From Octopus sinensis (Eukaryota): a stretch of 64,000 bases of DNA. The stretch spans positions 25,048,001-25,112,000 of the forward strand of contig NC_042998.1 in NCBI RefSeq assembly GCF_006345805.1. Reading direction: 5' to 3'. The position numbers and the translations under genes are program-made. The notes beneath the pieces were generated by a model. It saw nothing but the letters and a program-made list of their open reading frames with translations. It searched no databases and had not been told where the DNA came from. Below, piece after piece: positions 12,460-25,512 of this stretch; the first letter of the stretch is position 1; each line of letters starts with the position of its first letter.

Positions 12460-12800
12460 AATGATGAGTGAACTTGCAATTAAACAACCGAGATTGGTCA
12501 ATAGAGACAAGCCAATCCTCTTGCAAAATAATGATCAACCACATGTTGCACAAAGAATGCTACACAAGTTACAGGAACTGAACTTAGAAGTACTCGGTCA
12601 TCTACCAACTGACTATCACGTTTTCCAGGCATTAGACAAATTTATGTAAGGATAAAACTTCAAATCTGAAGAAGATGCAAAAATAGCCTTTCGTGATTTC
12701 ATCTCTTCTTGCTCTCCAGAATTCTTTGCTGCTGGCATAAATAAGCTACTCATAAAATGGCAAAATTGAGTTGATAATTTAGGCGCTTACTTTGATTAAC
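12460..12800 (+). mobile_element. mariner transposase C-terminal remnant
   Basis: ORF 12461-12649 PILLQNNDQPHVAQ...LEVLGHLPTDYHVFQALDKF resembles the mariner HDNARPH...PSDYHLF region. Confidence 0.75.
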
Positions 12801-12829
12801 TGCATTGCTTTTTGTCCAAAATCAGACAC

Positions 12830-14830
12830 TTCATTCTTCACCATCATCATAATCATCATCATCAACAACATCATCTTCATCACCGCTATCAGTAACACCA
12901 TCACCTCCACCATCACCATCATTCTCCACCTCCTCCTCATCATCATCATCGTTGTAGCCATTGTCATCATTATCATCATAATTACCACAACCACCACTAC
13001 TGCCGCCACACTTCCTTCTCCTCCTCCCCCCTCTCATCGTCATCATCATCATCGTTGTCATCATCATCATTGTCATCATCGTCATCGTCATTATAACCAC
13101 CATCATCACCCTCACCACCACCACCGCTGCCACGGCCAACAACAACAACCTCCTCCTCCTTATCATCATCATCACCATATAAGAGAATAAAATGTAAAGT
13201 CTATGTCTGTGGTATATTTCCTGTACTGGAAAATGAATGTCTTGGGGTATGTATAACAGCTACTTGTCCCAAAGAAGAAATAAAGCTGTATTATAATATT
13301 TCTTGAATATTTTCAAGCTTAGAAGGCTGAAAGAGAAAACTGACCCAATGACTTTGGTGGAATTTCAAATCAGAATATACAGACCTGGAATAAATACTAC
13401 AAAGCTTTTGTGCCAATGCTCTAACAATCCAAAATAATTTTTAAAAAAATATGAAATGAAATTATCAGGTCATAATCAATTAAATTAATTATTTCATGAA
13501 ATATATTTCAAAATGATGCCAATGATATTGTCAGCAAGTGCAGTGATTAAACTCAAAATGCTAATAATTAACGCCAGAGCAACATAAATGGCTGTGATAA
13601 TGTTTTTAGTGACAACCTCTTCCTCCCCTTCATCCTTCCCCTTGCATTTTCTCCTCCTTCCCCTCTTCTCTTCCTCCTTCCTCTCAGCTCCTCCTCTCCC
13701 TCTTTCTTCCTCCTCCTCCTCCTTCCTTTTCCTCTTTCTCCTCTTCCACTTCCTCCTTCTCCTGTCTTCTCCTCCTCCTTTCCCTTCTTCTTTTCCTCCT
13801 CCTCTTTCTCCTCCCCTTTTCTCTTCCTTCTCTCCTCTTCTCTTCCCCCTCCTTTCCCCTCTTCTCTTCACCTCCTCCTCCTCCTCTCCCCTTCTTCCTC
13901 TCCCCTTCTTCCTCTCTTCCTCCTCCCCTCTTCTCTTCCTTCTCTCCTCTTCTCTTCCTCCTCCTCCCCTCTTCTTCTCCTCCTACTTCCTTTCACCTTC
14001 ATATTTACATTACAAGCAATAAATTTTGCTGTTGTTGTTTAGCCCTAGGCTAGCCCTAATTAAGCAGACCTATGATGTATATAAAAACAAAAAAAACAAA
14101 AAGCAATTCCAGACTTATTTGGTTTTGGAGACAACTAGGAGTGTATTATATATAAACGCATCTTTTCTGTTTCAAATAATCAGATCTTCGAAATATTGCA
14201 GGATGTGATAGTTTGAGTGAAATTTAGCTGCTATTTCTTGCAAGTTGAACAACCACATAGAAGCTCCCGTGTTGGCTTGGAAAAATGGTGGTGTTGGAAC
14301 TTTTGACAAACGTGGCAATTGTGCCATTAGTTGGAATTTTGCGTCAGCAGCAACAGTATATGTCCCTCTCCTCCTCCTCCTCCTCATCATCATCATCATC
14401 ATCATCATCATTATCCTCATCATCATCATCATAATCATCATCTTAATCATCATCATCATCATCATCATCATCACCATCATCATCAACATCACCTTCATCA
14501 CCACTATCAGTAACACCATCACCATCATTCTCCTCCTCCTTCTCCTCATCTCATTGTTGTAGCCATTGTCATCATTATCATCATTATTACCACCACCACC
14601 ACCACCACTACTGCTACTACCCCTCCTTCTCCTCCTTCCCTACCTCATCCTCATCATCATCATCATTGTCATCATCGTCATCGTCCTTACCATGACCACT
14701 GCCACTGCCAACAACAACCTCCTCTTCCTTACCATCATCATCACCGTTATCGTCAATGTCCGGAGTGGCGGGGGGTGGGGGTGATCGGGGGGGAGGCAGT
14801 TCGTTGTTCTTGTCATCATCACTATCGCAA
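12830..14830. repeat. Low-complexity (CAT)n/(CCT)n/(CTT)n degenerate microsatellite region
   Basis: Directly visible; gives poly-I/H/M/D/E ORFs in all frames. Confidence 0.85.
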
Positions 14831-15029
14831 CATACGCATGAATACCATTGCCTAAACCACCACCATCCCCCCCCCCCGTGTCCCTATCAATATCACCAAA
14901 CATTTGCTGGTAGTGGCCAACATTGTCATTAGTAACATTGACAGTTTGTGTCAACAGCAACAACAACAACATCTTAGAGACAATGAAGATAGTTTCCAAC
15001 AACAGCCTCTCTCTCCCTCTTTCTCTCTA

Positions 15030-15065
<36 letters not shown>

Positions 15066-15179
15066 CCTCTCTCTCTCCAGGAGCAAAGACAATGTAATTC
15101 GAAACCAGTGTCAACAATTAAGCATTAGTACCAGTTACACCTTACAAGTCCATCACAGAGACTTGTAAATTTGTACAGA

Positions 15180-15582
15180 GGCATAGGAGTGGCTGTGTGG
15201 TAAGTAGCTTGCTTATGAACCGCATGGTTCCGGGTTCAGTCCCACTGCGTGGCACCTTGGGCAAGTGTCTTTTATTATAGCCTTGGGCCGATCAAAGCCT
15301 TATGAGCTGATCTGGTAGACGGAAACTGAAAGAAGCCAGTCATATATATGTATGCGTGTGTATATGTTTGTGTGTCTGTGTTTGTCCCCCAAATATCGCT
15401 TGATAACTGATGCTGGTGTGTTTACGTCCCTGTAACTTAGAGGTTTGGCTAAAGAGGCCTATAGAATAAGCACTAAGCTTACAAAGAATAAGTCCTGGGT
15501 TCGATTTGCGCAACTAAAGGTGGTGCTCCAGCATGGCCACAGTCAAATGACTGAAACAGGTAAAAGAGAAAAGAGAGAAAGA
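15180..15582 (+). mobile_element. tRNA-derived SINE
   Basis: Same family as 12021-12459. Confidence 0.85.
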
Positions 15583-15737
15583 GATATCACTAGCATCAGT
15601 ACCCGATGTTGCTTGGGTATTAAATACTCGGCAATGGTCTTAATAGGTTCTAACATTTCTTTCGTTGTACATCTCTTTGAATATTTTTTGCATTAAGTTG
15701 TTGCAACAACTTAATGCAAAAAATATTCATTTATTTA

Positions 15738-16120
15738 CCTAAGTTAAGTTAAGTTAATTTTTTGGCTCAAAAAGCAAAAAGCAAGGCCATGTAGCGGGAC
15801 ATGGAGTTATGTACAGGGAGGGTGTTCATGCAAAGAGTTCAGGCCATTTCTGGTCAAGAGAGACTTTGAACCGAGTGGTCGTCGGCATCTTCACTATCTC
15901 GTCCGGCGGCTTATTCCACGGATCCACAACACGGATGGAGAAAGCCCCTCTCCTTCGATTGAGATGAAATCGTTGCAGATAGAGCTTTTCGGAGTGACCC
16001 CGCAGCCAACGCTCTGGAGCAGGAGTGAAGAACAGCTCTTTCGAGAGGTTACACTTACCGCTTATGATGTTGTGAGCAAGAATGAGATCATCACGGCGTC
16101 GTCACCTGTCAGTATGCATC
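15738..16120 (-). mobile_element. CR1-group LINE 3' end
   Basis: Minus translation DDLILAHNIISG...LRGHSEKLYLQRFHLNRRRGAFSIRVVDPWNKPP...FKVSLDQ (CR1 ORF2 C-terminal RGH...F..RVV..WN motif); (TAACT)n tail at ~15738-15757. Confidence 0.8.
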
Positions 16121-16418
16121 CCATAATCCCATAGAATGGTCACATTTTCTCCCTCGGTGACTGCTTCTGGATGGTATTCATAAAAGGTCTAAGGGTACAG
16201 GATATCATTGTGATAGCATATTCTTCGGTGCAAGTATTGGCCAACCCGATCATGCCTGGTTTTATATTTTGAAGGGGCAAAGACTGAGCAATCAGCAACA
16301 TTGTAGTCAATGCTCTTAAGTTTGTCATTGCAGAGTCTTCACTTTGTGTCTACCTTATTTTGTGTGGCATTAGCTTGATAGTTCCGAGTGAGGAGGCTTG
16401 TGCTGTTGTTGTTATTAT

Positions 16419-16960
16419 TAAGGCGGCGAGCTGGCAGAACCGTTTAGCACGCCGGGCGAAATGCGTAGCCATATTTCGTCTGTCGCTATGTTCTGAGTTC
16501 AAATTTCGCCGAGGTCGACTTTGCCTTTCATCCTTTCGGTGTCGATAAATTAAGTACCAGTTACACAGTGGGGTTGATATAATCGACTTAATCCGTTTGT
16601 CTGTCCTTGTTTGTTCTCTCTGTGTTTAGCCCCTTGTGGGTAGTAAAGAAATATATTACTATTATTATTATATCATTATCATCATCATCATCATCATTAT
16701 TATCATCATCATCATTATTATTATTGTTATTATTAGTATTAGGGTGGTGAGCTGGCAGAATTGTTAGCATGCTGGGTGAAATGTTTAGCAGCATTTCGTG
16801 TGTCTTTGTTCTGAGTTCAAATTCTACCAAGGTCGACTTTGCTTTTCATCCTTTTGGGGATCGATAAATCAAGTACCAGCGAAACAATGGGGTCGATGTA
16901 ATCAACTAGTCCCCTCTTCCAATATTTTAGGCTTTGTGCCTTAAGTAGAAAGGATTATTA
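16419..16960 (+). mobile_element. Two tRNA-derived SINEs (central gcctttcatcc block family) separated by (ATT/ATC)n
   Basis: Heads at ~16419 and ~16741; same body as 11413-11644. Confidence 0.8.
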
Positions 16961-17164
16961 TTATTATTTTATTGTTTTTGCACAGCTTCTAATGCTGGAG
17001 ATGTACTGCGGTGTCAGCTGTTCACTACCAGTGAACTAAGGTAACACCTCTTATTTTTTGAGCACCTTCCTGAGTATTTGAGCTGTTCTTGGCAGTGCTC
17101 TTTCTTGCAAGTGCTCCACCCTTATTGCAGCCCCTATTTGTTCCACTGCAACTCCTATTTGTTA

Positions 17165-17202
<38 letters not shown>

Positions 17203-18114
17203 GCTATTATTATTATTGTTATTATTATTTATCCATATCTAATATTAGTGTTATTTCTCATATCATCGAAATGACAAGTGGTTCGGGAATCTGGGATTGT
17301 TGTTTATGAGACGACCAAAAAAAAAAAAGCAAATTTTGAAAGATTGCAAATAGTGTTATCACAATTTGCAGAAAATATCTGACAGGACTTACAATAAGAT
17401 CACTTGTCCTGTAGCTTCCATTTGGCATTAATTTGATATTTTACATTAATATTTAATAAGGATCAACGGAATCTGAATTTTGCCATTTTTTTTTTTTATA
17501 TTTATGTTGTTGGTGCTGATAGGATTTAGAATGATGCTGAACAAATTCGGCCATGTCACTCAAAATATAAAATAAGTACAGAATATTGAGAAACGATATT
17601 TTTTTCCCCCCGCAAAAAAAAACATTACATGTACAACGACCAGGATATCAAAATTAATAAAACAAAATTTTTCTGCTTTTGTGCAGAGCAAAATAAATAT
17701 AAATATAAATATATAAATGAATATATAAAAAGGATATTCAACTTGCTGGTTTTTCTGACAGTCTAAAAAAGAAATAAAAGTGTTGTTATTTTCCAAAATT
17801 TCACTTCAATCGTTGCATTGATGTTTTTGCTACCAAAATAATAATATAATAATAGCAAAAGTCTGGTAACTAACAAACATTTGGAATAAATACATCTAGA
17901 ATTCGGTTGTTTGACTATTCGATTGTTTATGGCCGAGTGTAACTTATATCTTTTGTATTTTATCTTTTTACCTGTTTCAGCCATTAGGCTACGACCATGC
18001 TGGATCAACACTGTGAAGAATTTTTTAGTTGAATCAATTGTCTTGACTACTTTTTATTTTCTTTTAATCCTGGTACTCATTCTACTGCTTCTTTTTGCTG
18101 AACCACTAAAATAC

Positions 18115-18445
18115 AGGGATATACCCATGCCGGTGACACGTAAAAAGCACTGTCCAAGTGTGGCAGATGCCAGCGCCGCCTTGACTGGCATCCGTGTCGG
18201 GGACATGTAAAAGCACCAACTGATCGTGGCCATTTGCCAGCCTCTTCTGGCCCCTGTGACGGTGGCACATAAAAAGCACCCACTATACTCACAGAGTGGT
18301 TGGCGTTAGGAAGTGCATCCGGCTGTAGAAACACTGCCAGATCAGACTGGAGCCTGGTGCAGCCTCCTGGCTTCCCAGACCCCGATCGAACCGTCCAACC
18401 CATGCTAGCATGGAAAACGGACGTTAAACGTTAATGATGATGATG
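18115..18445 (+). mobile_element. RTE LINE 3' UTR copy
   Basis: ccatgctagcatgg palindrome and (gat)n tail. Confidence 0.8.
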
Positions 18446-18454
18446 TAAACACAC

Positions 18455-19128
18455 CAACACTGGTTGTCAAGCAACGTTGGGGGTCAAATACAGACACAGA
18501 GACACATATACACACACATATCAATATGTCCAAATTGTGGGATCGGAGCAGGTAAACTCCAGCCTATATATGTTTCCTAGACAGCAGAGGCTTCCTTCAG
18601 TTTCCATCTATCAAATCCACTCCCGAGGCTCTGGTCAGCTTGAGAAGACACTTGTCCAAGGTTTCATGCAGTGAGACTGAACCTGGAACCATGTGAATGG
18701 GAAGCAAGCTTCTTATTTCTTTACTGCCCACAAGGGGCTAAACATAGAGGGGACAAACAAGGACAGACAAAGGGATTAAGTCGATTACATCAACCCCAGT
18801 GCATAACTGGTACTTAATTTATCGAGCTCGAAAGGATGAAAGGCAAAGTCGACCTCGGCAGAATTTGAACTCAGACGAAACAGCCGACGAAATGCCTATT
18901 TCTTTACTACCTATAAGGGGCTAAACACAGCGGGAACAAACACGGATAGACAAATGGATTAAGTCGATTACATCAACCCCAGTGCATAACTGGTACTTAT
19001 TTAATCAATCCCGAAAGGATGAAAGGCAAAGTCGACGTCGGCGGAATTTGAACTCAGAATGTAGCAGCAGACAAAGTTCCGCTAAGCATTTTGCCCAGAG
19101 TGCTAATGATTCTACCAGCTCGCCGTCA
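18455..19128 (-). mobile_element. Cluster of three partial SINEs
   Basis: Reverse complements of the two SINE families above (18455-18715; 18716-18895; 18896-19128). Confidence 0.7.
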
Positions 19129-19255
19129 ATATGCACATATTGACAATACCTGTAATTATAATACTCATAAATGACCATGTTCCTGATGTCAATAACAGTA
19201 AGCACTATGATGTCCACAGGAAAATGGCTTAGCATTAACATCAACAGCAGTGGAG

Positions 19256-19640
19256 GTGCAATGGCCCAATGTTTAGGGCAGTGGACTCGCAGTCGGAGGA
19301 TCACGGTTTCGATTCCCAGACCGGGCATTGTGTGTGTTTATTGAGCAAAAATACCTAAAGCTCCATGGGGCTCCGGCAGGGGATGGTGACGACCCTTGTT
19401 GTACTCTTTCGCTCCAACTTTCTCTCACTCTTTCTTCCTGTTTCTTGTCCCCGACTTCCTACGCAACCGCTGAGCCTGGGTGCACATTCATCCATCCATC
19501 AATGCTCTCGGTGTCGGAAGGGTTGACCTGCTTTCTCTTCTGCGGGTCTTACGAATAGCAAAGGACCACGTTTCGGACTTCTCCCACTACAGACTGGACG
19601 AAGACCGCTTCGCTCTACAAACAAACAAACAAACAAACAT
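19256..19640 (+). mobile_element. tRNA-derived SINE (same head as the 39545-41352 array)
   Basis: caatggcccaatgtttagggcag...gtttcgattcccagac head; (aaac)n tail. Confidence 0.75.
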
Positions 19641-20861
19641 CAGCAGCAATCATGATGTGAATGTCAACAAACATTACAAAACCAGTAAAGAAAATAGATA
19701 CGCCAACAATAAACAGCGAGCGACAATGGTAAAAGTGCTTAAGCTGCATGTCTACAGCAGCAGAGGAATATTTTATTGAAATCTTTGGCCAAGTCTCACA
19801 AATCATAATAACAATGTCATTTGCCAATGGTAATCTTGATTAATCCTCTGTAGAGTGTCTTATTTTACAGCTACTACCATTAACAAAACCGCTATTACTG
19901 CCATTGCTAATATTATTGCTGTCACATTAGTCAAATAGCACTGCTGTTGATGCCTTGTGTTGTCCAACCTGATGATTATCATATTAAAGGCAGTATTATT
20001 AACAGCTAGTAATGTCTCTTCCCTGAAAGTAATTGGTTCTATAGATTTCATAAATGAACATGTGGCAAATTGTCAGATCTTATATCTGAAGAATTCAGTA
20101 CAGTCTATTATCTATACATTCTGTAAATGAATTCCTCAAGCAATTATTGTTCTTAAACAATGATCATAGTAAGACGATGACCTTCTGAAGCGACAATCAA
20201 AAGCTTTTCTGATAATTCTCACACATTAAATTGGCAATTTACAAAATATTTCGATTTCTTCATTCAGCCTCTAATCATAGCTATTATCATCTGAAGATCT
20301 TAAACTAGCTTTTGTTCTTAAATAAATAATTTTTGTATCGTCTCAAACATTCTCTTTCTTTCACCAAATTTCAAATATTCCTGAAAACAAACTCCATGGA
20401 TTTGATGGATAGCAATGGTTATTTTTAAACTCAGAACTCTTAAGACTATCAAAATCAAAGAAAATTTGTGACATGTTTGGCTACTACAAAGACAATAGAA
20501 TAATAAGTGTCTGGCAGCTAAGATTCATTTCAAATAAACACAAGAGATCTGTTTTTTTTTCTACTCAATGTTTATAACTGTTGTGTTTCATTAACAAAGA
20601 TACAGTTGATATTTAATACAGGATAAACAACACTGAATGTTGTCAATAAAACACAGGAAATGCTGCAGTTACTATCGTTGAAGCTTAGCTGACCTATGAT
20701 CAAAGGCATTCCACTCAAAGCCAATTTGTCTTTCGTTTCACTTATAATGTATCCAAGATTATGTTTCTCCAATGTACTTTTCTCCCTTCTATTAAATACT
20801 AGCTGACCACGTACCATCATAGACAACAGCTAACTGTAGTATTATAATACACATATATATA

Positions 20862-20896
<35 letters not shown>

Positions 20897-21033
20897 GATC
20901 AATAAATGGTGGGGTTGTGTTGACCGCACGTGGAGAAATGATAAGTAAGGAAAAATTTTTTAAAAATGCAGAATGCTCAAATGAAAGAAAATTTTAATAA
21001 AATGAGAAATGATAAAATATATAAATATATATT

Positions 21034-21074
21034 TATTCAACCGGTTTTCGTCATTGTATGACTTGTCAAGAATA
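21034..21074 (-). ncRNA. Minimal hammerhead ribozyme motif, U3-A8 core variant, in the PLE 3' region
   Basis: Minus strand reads tattc-TTGACAA-gtcat(aca)atgac-GAAA-a-ccgg-tt-gaata: 5-bp stem I, 5-bp stem II, palindromic ACCGGT. There is one extra A after GAAA. Confidence 0.6.
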
Positions 21075-21703
21075 TTTATGTTTTAAGAAGTTTTTTAAAA
21101 TTAGAAAGGGGATAAAAAGAAAATTGCATTGTTTTTTGTAAAAGAATAATGATAAAAATGTACAAAAATTAAAAAATAAGTTCTCCGATACATTGTGAGT
21201 TCGTTGTGTATCTTGAGTTTTATGGTTGTTTACCAAAATTACCTTGAGGTGTTAAGATCCAAAGGGATTAAGAGCATGTGATGTGTTGTGTGTTGTTAAA
21301 TTCAGCATGTTGCAGGACAGGAAGTAGTAGTAATTGTGGTCCTGGTTCTTCAGTTCCTGTGTTGTGAGTAAGGGGAGACAACTCTTTTGAGTTCTTCAAT
21401 AAAACCCAAATTATAAAACTATCATTTTAGCTTCATTTGCATTATCTTTTTTATATAATTGCTTGTTAACTTAACTTTCAGATTTTAACACTTTATTTAT
21501 ATTATTTTCTAATAATATAAATCTGCATAGACAATTGCATTTCAAATTGTCATATCATTATATAAAAAATGATAGTAATAACAACAATAGTAAAAATGAT
21601 ATTTAAAGAATATAAGTTTTAGCTTGAAGTGATGAATGCATGGTATCTTTATATATTTGTGTTAGTCCATCCATGAAGAGTGAGGTAGAGAAAGGAAGTT
21701 TGA

Positions 21704-24700
21704 TCAACGAGGAGTTTGCATATTAAGTTGTGTTTGGAATTTTTCAATAAAGAGATTCTCCTTGTTAATTCTCTCCTGTGTGGTGATCCCGTCTTTACAT
21801 TGGTAGAAGGGGAATATATAGAATTTGGGGTTTAAGTCTTTAGCACATGAGTCTAAGTGGTCACTCAGTGGAATTTGTCGGTATTCCGGGAGATTTATTT
21901 GTTCTTTATGCACCGTTACTCGTTTACGTAACGGGAGACTCGTTTGTCCAACATAATTATGTTGGCAACCAGCGCATGTGAGAACGTAGATAAGGTTCTC
22001 GGAGGAACAGGAGAAGTTAGTCTTGATTTTAAACTTCGTACCTTGTTTGAAGGTAAATTCAGAGCCTTCAAGTAGAAAGGGGCAGGTACCACAGTTTGAG
22101 CGTGCACATTTTTTTACTGTTGGGGGTGGATGTGGTGTGTGAAGTTTGGCATTTGTCAAGAGTTTTTTTAAAGATTTGTGTTGCTTTTGCATTTGAGGAT
22201 TTTGTGTGTATTTATAATGTTTTTCATTTTTGGGTCTGTTGACAGTAGACTGAGGTTTTGTATGATTGTGGTGTATGCTTCGATATTTTTGGGGTTGTGG
22301 GTGGAAATGTATGGAAGTATTTTGAGGTTGTGTGTGGTGTTAGGTTGGGTGGTTTTCAGTGTAGTGTTGTCTAGTTCTTTGGCGCGTTTTATTCCATACT
22401 CTATAAGGGTGGAGGGATATTGACGTTGTAATAGTGTTTTTTTGAGGTCTTGAAGGCGTATTTCTCGTGTTTTTGGATCCGAGACAATGGTGCATACCCT
22501 TTTAGCTAAATTGAAAGGGATATTTGTCTTGGTGTGTTTTGGGTGGCATGAACTAAAGAGGAGGTATTGTTGTGAGTCTGTAGGTTTGTGGTAGATGTCT
22601 GTTATGATTTGGTTCTTAGGTGTTTTTATAATTAGGAGATCAAGGAATGGGAGATGATGTTTGCTTAATTCCATAGTGAATTGGATGTTGGGATGTATGT
22701 TGTTTTAGTATGGTTTTGAATTCCAGGAGTTTTTCATAAGGTTCTTTCCATATGATGAAACAATCATCTAAATACCTTTTCCAGTTTTCCATTAGGTAGG
22801 TGTGGAAAACATGTCCAAATTTCTGGCTTGATATTTCATAGAGTGACAGTTCGAAGTAACCCATTATGAGGTTCGCAAGGACTGGTGCAGCCTTGGTACC
22901 CATCGCAATGCCACATTTTTGACGGTAGTGTGTGTCGTCGAAGAGAAAAAAATTGTTTGTCAGAATGAACTTAAGAGATTCTGTAATAAAAGACTTGTTA
23001 ATGCGGTCAGGGAATGTCTCTGGGTGTTTTTCTAGCCAGAAGTCAATTGCCTCTATACCATACTCATGTGGAATGTTGGTGTAGAGGTTGATGACATCAA
23101 AGGATACCAGGAGTGCCTCCTCGTTAACTGTTTTCGGGAGGTGTTTGAGCATGTCCAGATCATCCCTAATGAAACTTTTGATGTGGTAAGGAAAGGTTTC
23201 AAAAGGATGTCTAGGAAGTTACTCAGGCGGTGTGTTTCACAGGAGGTACCAGCCACGATGGGCCTTAGTTTTAGGTCCTCCGGTGCTTTGATGTTGATGT
23301 GGATGTCAGTGGAGAGTTTGCAGGCTTCGGTGATGTATTTGTTTTTATGGATTTTAGGAAGGCCATAAAAAAGGCTGGGCTTGCATTTGAAAATGGTGAT
23401 ATAATCCCTTTCTTTTTCTGTGAGTCCCTGACCATGTTGGCGTATGAGTGTGGTGAGGTTTCTGATTGTTTTTTTGCTGTTTGTAGTTGTTAATAACCTC
23501 ATAGAAAATGTTATTGTTAAGCATGGAGAACACTAGGTGTTTATAAAATTCCGTGTCCATAAGGACCACAGCACTCCCTTTGTCCGCTTCTTTGATGGTG
23601 AGGTTTTTATCCAGTTGTATGTCACGTAGGTTTTCCCATTCTTCCTTACTGAAATTGGATTTTACCTTGGTTTTGCTTGGGGTAAGGGGAGACTCTGGAT
23701 GTGTTTACAGAAATCGTCCAGTGTTTTATTTCTCCCTTTTGGTGGTAGGAAGTTGCTTTTATTTCTGATCAATGAGTCGTCCCCATTGTTGATATCTGTC
23801 AAAGCTTCTGTTAGGCGAAGTTTTCTGCAGAATTCAGAAACGTCATCCTTGACCTCCGGGGGGTTGGGTGTTCTTGGGGTGGGTGTGAATTTCAAACCTC
23901 TTGCTAGGATGTTGATTTGGGTTGGTGTCAGTGTTTTGCTGGAGAGGTTTATAATTTTTGTTTTCTTATTTTGGGTCTGTGTTAGCGGTGGTGTTTGTAT
24001 TTTTCCCCTCTGTCTAAAAAATGGTTGTTGAGGTAAGGGGTGTATTCTTTGTTAAAGTTCTGGTTGTATGTGTAGGAGTGTTTTTGGGTGGAGAGGTTGG
24101 AGGGGGGTAGGTAGTTGTCGTATTTTTTGTGTTGTATGGGATGCGATGGTGTAAGGATTTGTGAGAAATGCGATGGTTTGTGGGTGTGTGTCTGGTAGAT
24201 TGTATGGGGGGATGTAGGGGGTATGTAGTTGTGGTGATTGGGTTCGTGTGGGATGTGAGGGTTTGGAGATCTGTAGGAGATGTGGTAGGAATGTGGTTGT
24301 TGGATGGGTGGACTATAGGGGTTCGTTGGGTGGGTCTTATATGTATCGGTGTGGGTAGGATGCCTTGTTTGTTATTAGTGTGAGGGAGGGGAGCCTTGAG
24401 GGGGGGATAATTTCTAGTGTATGGGAGGTTCTTGAAGGTTCTAATCGGTGGGGGGGTGTTGTTAGAGTGATTGGAAAACCAGGTTTGGTGGTGTTCTTGT
24501 TTGAGATGTTTCGGGGGGGAAAAGGTTTTTTATATGGTTGGGGGAGGTTGTGTCCTGTTAGGAGGGGGTTTGGAGAGTATGTGTATTTGAGGTGCGGTTT
24601 GGAATGGTGTTTATGGGGTACAGTGGAAGTCTGTGTTGTGGGTACTTTTATGAATGGGTTTTGGGATTTATGGTTTAATATGAATTGTGTTTCATAGTTG

Positions 24701-25470
24701 AGGAAGAAATCTTTGTTGTTTTCCCAGCGTTTGAGGGAGGTTCGTTCTTCCTTTTCACATTCATCTTTCCATAGTTTAATAACAAGTTCGAGGGGCTGTT
24801 CGTTGGTGTGTGAGGTTAGTTCTAGAAGTATCTCATCGTCTATTTTTGTGTATTTTTTCGTGTGTTTTGTGCTCTGAGTTTTAGAAGTTCTACTTCGGTT
24901 TTCATTTTTTCCAATGTTAGTTTTTCTCTTAGGGAGCGTTGTTTTTCAGGTTCGTCTGGATGTGTTTGATTTGGAATTTTCGGGGTAGTATGATAGGGGA
25001 GGAGTTTAACCATTTGTCGTAAATTTCAGCTTTGTTTTGTTTTTGAGCATGTTCCAGAAGAGAAGTTTTCTGTTGTGTAGTTTCTTAGTCCAAGTAGTGA
25101 TGATCTGGTTTTTAATGCGTTGTGCTGGGGTTGAAATGTGTTCCTTCTGTGTGTTGAGTGGTGTCTGAGGTTTCTTTGGCGTTGAATTGGTAAGTAGAGT
25201 TTTCAGTGTAGTGTTGATTTCATTTAGGTTTACATCTATCTTATCCGAAAGTAGAGTTTTCAGTGTAGTGTTGATTTCGTTTAGGTTTACATCAATTTTA
25301 TCCGAAAGTTGTTGATGATGGTTGTTTTCTGAGTTGTCCCGGGATTGAAGGAGAAGTTCGTCAATTTTTTTGGAGAATGTAAGTAGATGTGTATTGAGTA
25401 CTTTGAGTTCTTTTAGAATGGTCTTATTGGTGACTGTCTCTGTAAGAGTGCTCTTGTTTTTCGGAGGCAT
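21704..25470 (-). pseudogene. PLE RT/GIY-YIG polyprotein, frameshifted as assembled
   Basis: Collinear overlapping ORF pieces 25006-25470, 23662-23895, 23354-23569, 23053-23502, 22640-23152, 22168-22674 and 21704-22192. Confidence 0.9.
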
Positions 25471-25512
25471 TCTGAATCACACGTGTGGTAGAGGGTATAT
25501 ATATATATATAT

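Larger units (their letters stand above)
20897..25495 (-). mobile_element. Penelope-like element, Neptune-type, ~4.6 kb, embedded in (TA)n
   Basis: RT motifs FYGLPKIHK, LRPIVAG, LLVSFDVINLYTNIPH, GIAMGTKAAPVLANLIMGYFE, WKRYLDDCF. Cys linker CARSNCGTCPF and GIY-YIG NLIYVLTC..C...YVGQT...R...H. (TA)n on both sides. Confidence 0.95.

Noticed and set aside
12779-15002. Poly-His/Ile/Met/Asp/Glu ORFs
   Set aside because: (CAT)n/(CCT)n low-complexity DNA, with no splice or homology support.
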